In this document: positions 1-11,961 of the stretch, piece by piece
Layout: each line of letters begins with the position of its first letter
Numbering within the stretch: the stretch's first letter is position 1
DNA from: Octopus sinensis
Lineage: Eukaryota
DNA: 64,000 nucleotides
NCBI RefSeq assembly: GCF_006345805.1
Contig: NC_042997.1
Location: 130,944,001-131,008,000, forward strand
Direction of reading: 5' to 3'
Translations under genes and position numbers: made by a program
Notes under the pieces: model-generated
Seen by the model: only the letters and a program-made list of their open reading frames with translations
Told to the model about the DNA's origin: nothing
The model's database searches: none

Positions 1-57
1 TACTACTACAACTACTACTACCATCATAAGCACTACCTCTACTACTACAACTACTAC
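1..57. repeat. Degenerate (CTA)n microsatellite
   Basis: tactactacaactactactac... at the window start. Confidence 0.8.
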
Positions 58-556
58 TTCAGGACAAACAATATAACCACTGGAGAGAATGTAAAGCCAT
101 CAGAAGTCACTTCTATAAAACATAATTATCAATTATTTTATTGATCCTCAGGCAGACTCTAAAACATTTTCAATATAAGCAATGTAGTTTGTTAGCAAAC
201 ATCTGTTCCACTGTCAAATTGATCTGTCTTTACAATGTCAAGGTTTTACTCTGGGGGCAGCTATTTGTATACTGTGCCATTTCCATTGTATGCATTCTCA
301 CAGCTGACATCATCATTATCATCGATGTTTTAATGTCTTATACTATAGCCCCAGGCCAACCAAAGCCTTGTGAGTGAATTTGGTAGATGGAAACTGAAAG
401 AAACTTGTGGTATATATAAATATGTGTATAGACATGTACGCATGGGTTGTTTTTGTCTCTTGTCTTGACATGGCATGATAGTTGTAAATGAGGATCACTG
501 TCAAACAAGCAGTGTTGTTAATTTCCAATATTCTATAGAAACATGTCTGGCCATGA

Positions 557-790
557 GGAACAAACTGCCGGCATCAGTTGTTGGTTGTCAGGGCACTGCA
601 TCCTTCAAAACTTCCATGCTTCCTGAGATTTGCCAGCACTTCACCTGATTTTCTCTTCTCCATGCGTGCGCGGGCATGTATCTGACTCGTGCACTGTTCA
701 CTTTCCAGACATTTGTGCATTGCTGCATGTGCTTTATATGCACTTTTGACAAGTTGTGGTGCACCTGAGCACTGTATACAATAATTTCAT
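557..790 (+). mobile_element. 3' end of a CR1/L2-group LINE (truncated)
   Basis: Reads NKLPASVVGC..ASFKTSMLPEI, followed by a 3' UTR and an (ATT)n tail; a homologous copy lies on the minus strand at ~54690-55160. Confidence 0.55.
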
Positions 791-1879
791 TATTATTGTT
801 ACCTTGCTTGGAAACAAGTGAGGGTTGGTGACAAGAAGGGTGTCTGTATTCTTTATTCTTTTAGTGTTTTTAGTCATAGGACAACAGCCATGCTGGAGCA
901 CAGCCTTAATTTATTTTCTTTCAGATTTGTTGTCACTTTATGGCTGGAAGTTGATCTATGATTGAGTTTGTAGCAGCTGATTTTCCCTGGGTGTATCCTT
1001 GAATGGATGCTTGGTCTGGTATTGTCATTAGGAATTTATCCAATGTTTTGTGTTTCAGTAGAGGTTCCCTTTTACATTTCTGATTTCTTCAGACTAATAC
1101 AATAGTGTTTTTGTTGTGATTTCGAAGGTGGAAAAATCTATCTCAAATATACCGTCTGTTAAATGATGATGATCATCATCATCCTGTTTCTTTATTAGCC
1201 ACAAGGGCCCAAACATAGAGGGGGACAATACAGCCTGATTGGGGTCAGACACACAATGATTATATGACTTTTAAAATTTTACAAAATATAATGAAATCGA
1301 ATGAGATATAACAAGGACAAAATACAAACATGAAATGAAGCAGAGAGATGGGTTACGCTCCGACCCCACGAGCCCCATTCTCCTACTGGAACCTTTGTAT
1401 GCAGACTTATGACATGTTCACGAGGAATCTTTCCCAGCACCCTTGCAACATGCAACAATCTTTCTTTGAACATTTTCTTTGACATCATCCTCTAACAACT
1501 GTTTCCCATGCTGGCATGGATTGAAAATAAACAGAAATAATGGGTTATGTTACATTTATTTATTTCCTACAGCTGTTTCAGATATGCATTTGGGTGCATT
1601 CCTGGTTCATATAATTAAGATTCGGTTGAATTAGGTACTTAAATTGTGACATTTTGTTAAGTCAATCTAATTTGCACACCCAAACAACATCAGGTGAATA
1701 TTAAACTCTGTGCAGAAGCGTTTGCACTTGATATTCTTGCAGTGTATGCAGATAACATGACCCAGCTTAATGAAGAGATCCACTCTTGGTTGTTTAGACA
1801 TGCACTTTATATAAAAATACAAAAACACTTTCTATAAAATTTCAAAAGTACAGATTCCAGGGTAGGTGAATGAGATATA

Positions 1880-2120
1880 AGTAACAAAGATGTACAGGTG
1901 TCAATTCATTATGACCGTTTCAAGCGACTCCTTTAGTTGATTAAATAAAACATCATTGCAAAGAAACCATTTTCATCAAATGACTGCACAGACTTCAAAC
2001 ACAAAGGACAAACCAACTGCTTTAACATATCCGTATCACCAATGGAGCTCAAATATTTACATTGATTCTGCAGCTATATCTTTGGCCATAACGAATTGAC
2101 ACCTGTACATCTTTGATACT
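1880..2120. repeat. 37-bp inverted repeat pair (foldback remnant)
   Basis: 1880-1916 agtaacaaagatgtacaggtgtcaattcattatgacc matches the reverse complement of 2084-2120 with 3 mismatches. Confidence 0.8.
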
Positions 2121-2124
2121 CATT

Positions 2125-2152
<28 letters not shown>

Positions 2153-2158
<6 letters not shown>

Positions 2159-2593
2159 CATCCGTGTTAGTGGAACGCTAAGAGCACCATCCGAGTGTGA
2201 TCGTTGCCAGAGCAGCTAACTGGCTTCTGCGCCAGTGGCAAGTAAAAAGCACCATTCGAGCGTGATCGCTACCAGCGTCGCCTTACTGGCACGTGAAAAA
2301 ACATTCAAGCGAGGTCGTTGCCAGTGCCGCTGGACTGGCTCCTGTTCAGGTGGCACATAATAGACACCATTTGAGTGCAGCCATTGTCAGTACTGCTTGA
2401 CTGGCCCTCATGCCGGTGGCACGTAAAAGCACCCACTACACTCTCGGAGTGGTTGATGTTAGGAAGGGCATCCAGCTGTAGAAACTCTGCCAGATCAGAT
2501 TGGAGCCTGGTGCAGCCATCTGGTTCGCCAGTCCTCAGTCAAATCGTCCAACCCATGCTAGCATGGAAAGAGGACATTAAACGATGATGATGA
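2153..2593 (+). mobile_element. 3' UTR/tail fragment of the PHD-RTE LINE family
   Basis: Several gccggtggcacgtaaaagcacc units, then the aggaagggcatccagctgtag block, the ccatgctagcatgg palindrome and a (GAT)n tail, as at 54480-54643. Confidence 0.85.
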
Positions 2594-3309
2594 CTGTTGT
2601 GTCTGGGGAGAGTCATTCTCTTTTAGTGCCTTATAATTTAACACACTCACCAGCAAAATTTCCACTCATTTACTTTTTATTTTTCTAAAATTTTCTTTGT
2701 GTCTCATTACCTTTTCAATAGTTGTTGACTCTATAAATTAATATAAACAGCCATGCACAATGTATTATGAAAAAAGAAAACTATAAAATGTCACCAAATG
2801 CAATTAAGGGAATTAGGATCATCTACATTGCTAGAAATGAGAGCTAAAATGCTCTCATGCTGTAGTTAAAGTACATAATTGTATACATATATGCTGAGAG
2901 GGACTGTAATCACCTAAACACTGATCGAGAATTCGTTATATGGACAAATGGGCTTCGGCTATTTCCATAGTGTCATCAGTAAGGACAGCTTGCTCAGATG
3001 ATCAGTTATATAACATACACATATAAAATCCATGGTAACATTACTGTAACAAGTTATCTGTAACAACATCTACTTGTATACACAATTTCTACTTTTTATA
3101 TATTCTTGTTCTTTTTACTTGTTTCACTGCCTTAAAGGGTTTTTAATTGAACAAATTGACCCTAGGACTTATTCTTTGTAAGCCTAGAACTTATTTTATC
3201 GGTCTCTTTATTCAAACCACTAAGTTATGGGGATATAAACACACCAACATTGGTTGTTAGCCAATGGTGAGGGGACAAACACAGACACAAAGACACACAC
3301 ACATAAATA

Positions 3310-4697
3310 TCATCATCATCATCATTCAACATCCGTTGTCCATGCTGATATGGGTTGGATGGTTTGACCAGGGCTTGCAAGATGGAAGGCCGCATCAGAC
3401 TCCAGTCTGTTTTGGCATGGTTTCTATGGCTGGATGTCCTTCCTAATGCCAACCATTCTGAAAGTGTAATGGGTGCTTTTATGTGCCACCGGGATGGGTG
3501 CCATTTGCATGACACCAGCATCTGTCATGACTGTGGTTTTACTTGGTTTGATGGCTATTCTCAAGCACAGCGTAACGCCGGTCATTGCCTCTGTGAGTCA
3601 TTGGCGATATGCTATGCTTGAGAAGACCCATCAAGCCAAGTGAAATTGCAGTTGTGGCTGATGCTGATGTCATGTAACTGGCACTCATGCCAGCCACAGT
3701 GAGTCATTGCCAAAGAGTGTCAGTCCTTGCCCAATGAGGCCCAACACTCGAAAAGTGCTTTTACATGCCACTGGCACAAGTGCCATTTGTATGACACCAG
3801 TACCTTCCACAACTGTGATTTTACTTGGCTTAATGGGTCGTCTTCTCAAGCAAAACATAATGTCAAAGGTCTTGGTTATTACCTCAGTGAAGCCCAACAT
3901 TTGAAAGGAGTTTAACCACTTTACCTCCGTGAGGCTCAATGCTTTTTATGTGCCACCTGCATGGGTGCTGGTTACATGACACCAACATCAGCTATGACTG
4001 CGATTTAACTTGGGTTGATGGGTCTTCTGAAGCACAGCATATTGCCAAGATCTCAGTCACTAGTCATTGCGTCTGTGAGGCTCAAAGTTCGGAGATCATG
4101 CTTTACCACCTCGTCCCATGTTTTCCTGGATCAGCCTCTACCACAGGTTCCCTCCACAGCTAGGGATTAGCACTTCTTTACACAACTATCCTAGTCCATA
4201 TGCATCACATGACCATACCAGCACATTCGTCTCTCTTGCACACATCTGATACCTCTTATGCCTAACTTTTCTCTCAAGATACTTACACTCTGTTGAACAT
4301 GCACACTGACATTGCACATCAAGCGAAGCATATTGGCTGCATTTCTTTCAAGCCCAAACATGTCCTTGGCTGTCATAGCCCATATTTCACTGCCATATAG
4401 TATAGCTGTTCGCACACAGGCATCTTATGTTTAACTTTTCTCTCAGTGCACTTACACTCTGTCATGTATGCACACTGACATTACACATCCAGTGCATCAT
4501 ACTAGCTTCATTTCTTTCAAGCCTATGCATGCCCTCAGCAGTCATGGCCCATGTTTCACTGGCATGTAGCACGGCAGTTTGCACACATGCATCATACAGT
4601 CTACCTTTCACCCGGAGCAAGAGGCCCTTAGTTGCCAGCAGAGGTAGGAGCTCCCTGAACTTTACCCAAGCTATTCTTATTCTAGCTGCTACACTCT
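3310..4697 (-). mobile_element. Degenerate PHD-RTE family LINE 3' portion with internal duplication
   Basis: ORF remnants (RTAILYGSEIWAMTAKDM...WYGHVMHMD) match the C-terminus of 51062-53038 and occur twice (~4130-4425, ~4425-4697); repeated 3' UTR modules; (CAT)n tail at 3310. Confidence 0.8.
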
Positions 4698-5232
4698 CAG
4701 AGGCTAGAATAGTGTGTGTGTGTGTGTGTGTGAATATGTAGTATGCTTCTTTCAGTTTCTGGGTACCAAATCAACCCACAAGGTTTTGGTTGGTCTGTGG
4801 CAAAAAAACATTTGGTCAAGGTACCACATAGTGGAACTGAACCCAAAACCATGTGGTGGGGAAGCAAACATATGTATTTGTCTGTTACTTGTAACATTGT
4901 GTTGCCATATGCATGTGGGTGTTAGAATATGTAAACTAGCAATTTAATTTCAGCATCTGTATGTATACAAACATCAATGTGTATACAGTTGCTTACAAAC
5001 CAACTGACTTCCGACACACACAAACCCCGTCACAAATAATCCTCCACTTCCTCCTTCTTATTATTCTCTTTCCACTTCCAACTCTACTCCCTCCAAATAT
5101 ATTTTCTTTTCTTTCAGACAAACGGATTAGTTTCACAGAAACTAATCCATCACTATTTCCAGACTTTCATGAACTACAAACAAAAAAAAAAAACTTGCCT
5201 CTTTCTCTAGTTAAAGATTTGGGTGAGAAGAT

Positions 5233-5423
5233 TCTTTTACTCTTTTATTTGTTTCAGTCATGTGACTGTGGCCATGCTGAAGCACCACCTTTAGTCGAGC
5301 AAATCGACCCCTTTGTAAGCCTATTCTATCAGTCTCTTTTGCCGAACCGCTAAGTTATGGGGATGTAAACACACCAGCATCGATTGTCAAGCGATGTTGG
5401 GGGGGTACAAACACAGACACACA

Positions 5424-5455
<32 letters not shown>

Positions 5456-5618
5456 CGACGGGCTTCTTTCAGTTTCCGTCTACCAAATCCACTCACAAGG
5501 CTTTGGTCGGCCCAAGGCTATAGTAGAAGACACTTGCCGAAGGTGCCACGCAGTGGGACTGAACCCGGAACCATGTGGTTGGTAAGCAAGCTACTTACCA
5601 CACAGCCACTCCTATGCC
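5233..5618 (-). mobile_element. tRNA-derived SINE, family A (central (TA)n/(TG)n tract)
   Basis: Reverse complement starts ggcataggagtggctgtgtggtaag (A box) ... ggttcagtccc (B box); body and tail match many other copies in the window. Confidence 0.9.
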
Positions 5619-6267
5619 TATATTAGAAAAATTTTACCATATGAATTATGATTATAATTATCACATTAATATCTACTTTTCCATGCTTTGTATGAGTCAA
5701 ATAAAATTTGTTGAGGCAGATTTTCTATAGCTGGGCACACATACACACACAGCATGGCAGGTTTCTTTCAGTTTTCATTTAACAAATCCACATGTGTGCA
5801 TGTGTGTGTGTATGCATGCACAGACTTTCATACATATATGCATAGGCATGCATAAATATATTTTGTTAGCTTGTAATGGAGAAAAGCGACTAGTGTTCTC
5901 AGGAGGTGACATTGATATAATTAATGTTCAGTTTGAAGATATTGTAGGTCAATGCTTAAAAAATTAGATAGGTAGGGAAAAAGTTCCAGAGGATAAGAAT
6001 CGGAAACAACTGGGTGAAGTATTTAGTGCAGGACCATAAAAGTTAAATACAGAGAGGGTCAAGGGGAATGAAGGGAGACAGGCAGTGGAGCAGATACGCA
6101 AGAAGCTAGTTCAGTGGAGCAACAGCTGTTGTAGCAGCATTTGAAGTATTCAAGAAATTAGATCATACATCTATGAATGTGGTGTGTAGGGAAATGAATT
6201 AATGTCAAGTAGTCAGGCCTGACTCTGAATTTGGTCTGAAGTGTTTGTGCATGTAACAACAATGTCA

Positions 6268-6698
6268 TCTCTCTATATATAAACGGCAGTTTGTGTGTCT
6301 GTGTGTCTGTCAGGTTGTACCCTCACCCTGACCATGGCTTTCAACCGATTCTGATGAAACTTGACACACACATAGCCCAATGTCATAATTCAAAACTAAC
6401 GCAGTGAAAATTTTGAAAAGTTCCCCCAGTTCTGAAAAAAATCGATAAATTCGACATGGGGTTGAGAATCTAAGCTTTTCATATGCAACACATTTTCTGT
6501 CTAGGGGACACAACTCGACTTTTTTATCGCCCAAAGGACAGCTAGGAACATTGTATACACAGAAGTATTCGAGTGAAGAGAAGACATTGCAACCTACACA
6601 TGCGCCTTCGTTCCCTAGAGGGAAAGGACTAGATTGGGATTAGTCGTTGCCTACTAGGGGCTCTTACATACCCGGGCAACACCGGGCTATGCTGCTAG
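6268..6698 (+). mobile_element. Non-autonomous Helitron-like element
   Basis: A|TC 5' end (tctctctatatataaa), subterminal hairpin cccgggcaacaccggg, CTAG|T 3' end, no TSD. Confidence 0.75.
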
Positions 6699-6840
6699 TC
6701 TTATATAAGTGAACAGTACTGCTGGGTGGGTAATACACACGCTTTGGAACAGAGCTGAGTTAGAGAGGGCAGTCTGGACAGCAATGATAGTTTTAATATA
6801 AAGGGTGAGAGATTTGTACCAGGGTATAATATGAGGATGG

Positions 6841-7090
6841 AGGTGCAATGGCCCAGTGGTTAGGGCAGCGGACTCGCAGTCGGAGGATCGCGGTTTCGAT
6901 TTCCACGAGGCTCTGGCAGGGGGTGGTGGTGACCCCTGCTGTACTCTTTCACCACAACTTTCTCTCACTCTCTCTTCCTGTCTCTTGAGTAATGCTGCGA
7001 TGGACTGGCGTCCTGTCCAGCCGGGGGAACATATACGCCACAGAAATCGGGAAACCAGGCCCATGAGCCTGGCTAGGCTTGAAAAGGGTG
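6841..7090 (+). mobile_element. tRNA-derived SINE with V-domain-like body
   Basis: Head tggcccagtggttagg...ggtttcgatt; body ctgcgatggactggcgtcctgtccag recalled as resembling the V-SINE core; related copies at ~30620 and ~48555. Confidence 0.75.
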
Positions 7091-7621
7091 ACGTTTATCG
7101 TTATAATATGAGGTGTGGTTGACATGTTAGTAGAAGGTGTCAAGTGGGATTCAAGTTGGACTGAAGTTTCTGAACATTGTCATAGAGGAATTGTTTAGCA
7201 GATTTTACAAGATTCTTGTATTGTGAGCTGTTCATGCTTGCAGTAGTTTTGGTGAAGGAAAGGGAGAAGGATAGCCTTACTTTGGTCTATATAAGTTAGT
7301 CAGTTAATAAGTCAGTGCATGCAACATAGCCCTCAGACTCTTGGACTCCAGCGATGAACTAAGGGACTAACAAACATTTATGTACCAACTGATGTGTGTG
7401 TGTGTAAGTGCGTATGAATGTTTGTGTATATATATGCAGATATGGTGCCAAATGGTTAAGAAGCTCACTTCATAATCAGGAGGCTCTGTGTTGAATCTCA
7501 CTAATGGTATCTTGTTGTTTCAATTGCAGGACCCGATGGTGCATTGTGTTCTTCAGCAAGACACTTCATTTCATGTTGCTCTGCAATCACTTTGACATCT
7601 GACATGTGACACGCTAAGTGG

Positions 7622-8150
7622 GCGTAGGAGTGGCTGTGTGGTAAGTAGGTTGCTTACCAACCACATGGTTCCGGGTTCAGTCCCACTGCGTTACACCTTG
7701 GGCAAGTGTCTTCTACTATAGCCTCAAGGCCGACCAAAGCCTTTTGAGTGGTTTTGGTAGATGGAAACTGAAAGAAGCCCGTCGTATATATATGTATGTA
7801 TATATATATATATATATACATACATATGTATGTATATATAGTAGCCTGTACGGCTAATAATTCGCTTACCACTTGTGATGGTATTTTAATAATACCATCC
7901 CTATATTTATTTATATATATGTGTGTGTGTGTGTGTGCATTTGTGTGTCTGTGTTTGTTCCCCCAACATCGCATGACAACCGATGCTGGTGTGTTTACAT
8001 CCCCATAACTTAGCGGTTCAGCAAAAGAGACCGATAGAATAAGTACTAGGCTTACAAAGAATAAGTTCTGGGGTTGATTTTCTTGACTAAAGGCAGTGCT
8101 CCAGCATGGCCACAGTCAAATTACTGAAACAAGTAAAAGAGTAAAGAGTA
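7622..8150 (+). mobile_element. SINE family A, full length
   Basis: ggcgtaggagtggctgtgtggtaag...ggttcagtccc head, central TA/TG tract, cagcatggcc..ctgaaacaagtaaaagagt tail. Confidence 0.9.
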
Positions 8151-8785
8151 TTGTGTTGTATTACACATGAAGATTGAATTTCTTTCCTATGTAGCGGCAG
8201 AATTACATTGAGAAGTAGAAGTTCCTGTTGTAAATGACAGATGAGTGTTCCACAACTTCTGGCTTAACAACTGCCCAAATAATTTGTTTATAGTGATCAA
8301 ATGTATGTGCTGGACATTAGCTCACCCTCTCCATCAAATCAACATTGTATGTTCAAGTACTTGGTGTGTCACATCTCAGATGTCTAAGTGATTGCAGAGC
8401 AACACGAAATGAAGGGTCTTGTTGAAGAACACAATGCACAATCAGGTCCTGCAATTGAAACAACAATCTTGCAATCATGAGTGCAACACCCTAACCACTA
8501 GATCATGTCCCTTCACATGCTTGGGGGTACTTTGTAACAAACAATAACATTATGCAAGGGAAAGTGCAACTAGAGGTGGCACATCAAAAGAGCCGGTTAT
8601 ATTCACAGTGAGCCAGCTCAAAATATTTACATATGAACTACATTAAATACATCAAGAGCCAGATGGTACTATTAAACTATGTGGAGCCACCTACTCAAAA
8701 AAAAATATGGATATAAACACTAATGGTGTTTTCATGTTCACACACACAAACACATATGTATACATGTGTGTGTGTGTATATATTA

Positions 8786-9117
8786 TGACCCCCTTCGGTC
8801 AGACACTGACCATGGGCTTCTACCTAGAGAGTTACCCTCTGAGGCACAAGTCTGGGCAAGGTTGTTTTTATGGAAGACCAGCAGTCGCCCATGCATAACG
8901 GCCTCCCCTCTCCACATCACCAGTGTTATCCAAGGGAAAGGCAAAGGGGCCGATACAGCTTGGCACCTGTGACGTCGCAACTCATTTCTACAGCTGAGTG
9001 AACTGGAGCAACATGAAATAAAGTGTCTTGCTCAAGAACACAACACGCAGCCCGGTTCGGGATTCGAGCTCACAATCTCACGATCGTAAGCTCTAACCAC
9101 TGAGCCATGCGCCTTCA
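8786..9117 (-). mobile_element. tRNA-derived SINE (third family)
   Basis: Reverse complement: ggcgcatggctcagtggttagagc...gagctcgaatccc, then tgtgttcttgagcaagacacttt; degenerate relatives at ~7440-7615 (+) and ~8170-8520 (-). Confidence 0.75.
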
Positions 9118-9145
9118 CATGTGTGTATATATATATATATATATA

Positions 9146-9530
9146 TCATCATTGTCGTCGTCGTTTAACATCCGCTTTCCATGCTGGCATGAGTTGGATG
9201 GTTTGACTGAGGACTGGCAAACCAGAAGACTGTACCAGGCTCTAATCTAATCTGGCAAGGTTTCTACACCTGGATGCTCTTCCTAACACCAACCATGTCA
9301 AGAGTGTAGTGGGTGCTTTTTAAGTACCACCGGCACAAGGGTCAATCAGGCAGTACTGGTATTGACCATGCTCGAATGGTGCTTTTTATGTGCTGCCAGC
9401 ACAGGAGCTAGTCAGGCGGCACTGGCAACGGCCACACTCAAATGATGAATTTTATGTGTCACCGGCACAAGACCAGTCAGCAGCACTAGCATCAACCATG
9501 CTTGAATGGTGCTTTTTACATGCCACTGGC
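9146..9530 (-). mobile_element. PHD-RTE family 3' tail with ~4 repeat units
   Basis: Repeated ggtgctttt.tgtg.caccggcac motifs plus the terminal block. Confidence 0.8.
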
Positions 9531-10289
9531 ATATATCTTTTATTTGATTCAGTCATTAGACTGCAGCCATGAATCATTTTTAGTTGAATAAATTGATTCC
9601 AGTACTTATTCTATCAGTATTTTTTGCTGAACCACTAAGTTATGGGGACATAAACACACTAACACCAGTTGTCAAGCCATGGTAGGGGACAAATACAGAC
9701 ACAAAAACATACACAAATATATGTGTATATATACATATAAATTTAAAATAATAAGGGTGAAAAATTGAATATTAATTTGATTAATATCAATTTAAAACAA
9801 GTGGCCTAGCATACTGAAAAATCTAAAGATTCAGAAAAATTATATTACATACATATAAGTGGGTTGACCACTAAGTGGACATCCATTATGCTAGATGTAG
9901 ACCCCCTATGGTCTTACCACTAAGAAAAGATTGTTCTCAAGAAAATTCAGCAAATGCCAGAACATAAGCGAGCAAGACAAATGGAAAGATACTAAATATA
10001 TACATTTATATTTTGTATCTTTTCATTTGTCTTGCTCACTTCTAACCTAGATCCAAGGCTCCTTCATTGGAATATGGTGTAAGTCAACTTTATTGAAGTA
10101 TGACCACTTCTGTGCAATACTGGTTGCAATCATCTTAAAAAACTGAAGAAAATAGTAGTGGGTTCTTTATAGAAGATCATATAACCTCTAGCCTAAGCTA
10201 TAGAAATTACATTACTGTAGTTAAAAATGACATTGTTAAATATTAAGATTTCATTAGTCATTTAACTGCAAATCTAAGAAGTTGGCACT

Positions 10290-10745
10290 CAGCACATGGA
10301 AGATGGGCATCTGCCAGAGTCTGTATGACTTCAGAGAGGGCTGAGGGACAGGTCATTTGTAGACTAATCAAGACCTTTGACATTGTCAGTTATGAAGGGC
10401 TTTGGGAGATCATGGGTAAATTTGGCTGCCTGGACAAATTCATCAGCATGGTGCAACAGTTGCACAATGGCATGTTTGCTTGGGTGCTGGACAATGGAGA
10501 TTCTTCTGAGGCATTCCTAGTCACTAACGGAGTCAAACAGGGTTGTGTACTCACACCTACACTGTTCAGCATAATGTTGGATGTCTTCTGCAACAGCAAC
10601 AGAACCAGCATGAAGATCAAATTCAAGACTGATGGCAGATTCTTCAACCTGGGGAGGCAATAGACCAACACCGAAGTTCAAGAGGACTCAATGCGTGACT
10701 TCCTTTTTGCAGACGACAGTCCACCCAACACTGCCACAGAGGCCT
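10290..10745 (+). pseudogene. RTE (BovB/RTE-1-like) reverse transcriptase fragment
   Basis: KTFDIVSYEGLWEIMGKFGCLDKFISMV...NGVKQGCVLTPTLFSIM...DFLFADD, with stops/frameshifts. Confidence 0.85.
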
Positions 10746-11029
10746 AGATATATACATATATATAAATACATACACACATTCTTTCTATCTTATTGATATG
10801 TGGGAAAAACAAAGGGAGAGAGACTCCTGATGGATGATTTCATGGTTTGTTGACTGCTCCTTAGATAAGACATACCCAGCTTCATAAAGCAGACATAAAA
10901 TAGGCTAGCACCAAAGTGGATTGTCTAATTTGCATACTCGTAATTTTGACATTTTATCACTAGTTTATGTTCAATATAGTGTAGACTGATAACAGCGAGG
11001 AAGACATAAACAAAAATAAATCTAAATAT

Positions 11030-11230
11030 TGGTTTCAAATTTTGGTACAAGACCAGTAAGCTGATTCCAGTCATCCACCCCAGTGCTCAAGTAGTATTTA
11101 TTTTACCAACCCCAAAAGGATACAAGGCAAAGTTGACCTCAGTGGAATTTGAACTCAGAACATAGAGGCAGCCAAAATGCCGTTAAGCATTTTACCCAGT
11201 GTGCTAATGGTTCTACCAGCTCACCACCTT
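11030..11230 (-). mobile_element. SINE family M (ctttgcctttcatcctttcggggtcgata core), degenerate
   Basis: Similar to the intact copy at 62338-62557. Confidence 0.7.
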
Positions 11231-11357
11231 CATAAATCTAAATATTAAGAAGATTCACGGTGGGTGTAATATAAATGTAAGTACCTTCTTTCCTTATTAT
11301 TGATGGAATATGGGAGGTTTTGAAATATCTAAATTTCTTTCATGAGACATTGTTCAA

Positions 11358-11576
11358 CCCTTTCGTTACCAACCCAGCTGAAACCAGCCCTGGCTGAGTA
11401 CAAATGTCTTGTTTTCATAAGTTTTGAATTAAAATCTTCCACCAAACCTTAGTCACAATTTATGTTCCTAACACTTACTGAATGATAACTAAGTTATTTT
11501 ACTAAATTCTTTGTTATATTTAAAAGTAATTGAAAGAATCAGAGAGCATCTCAAAATCAATACAGTAATGAAAGGG
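11358..11576. mobile_element. piggyBac-like MITE
   Basis: TIRs ccctttcgttac / gtaatgaaaggg with degenerate TTAA flanks (tcaa/ctaa); an inverted copy at 46025-46245 has perfect TTAA flanks. Confidence 0.75.
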
Positions 11577-11719
11577 CTAACTTAAGACAAGCTGTCAAAA
11601 GCACAAGCAAGCAAATTAGACTATCTATTAATGTGCTACTCAATATATGTGTGGTGTGTTATGGTGTGGAGAAACGTGTGACGGGACGGTAGGCTGGATG
11701 TATATTTGAAGGTTTAAAA

Positions 11720-11961
11720 CAGTGGTTTTTTCAACAGGGGTTCTTGTGGCCCATAAGGGTCCGTATAAAATTTTGTTGCTAAAACCTATCAGCAATTAAT
11801 TAGTCATATTTCTACAATAAATTATTTAAAATATAATTTCTAATAATATTCAACTATACAAATATAATAGGATTATTTAAACATTGAATGGCTATGACGG
11901 TCCTGTAAAGTAAGACAGGAATCAAAGGGACCCATAGACAGAAAATGGTTGAGAACCACTT
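11720..11961. mobile_element. hAT-like MITE
   Basis: Termini cagtggtt(t)ttcaac ... ggttgagaaccact; degenerate 8-bp flanks gtttaaaa/gtttaacc. Confidence 0.6.

Noticed and set aside
7622-7700. tRNA genes at SINE heads
   Set aside because: A/B boxes are present but they run straight into SINE bodies, with no convincing cloverleaf
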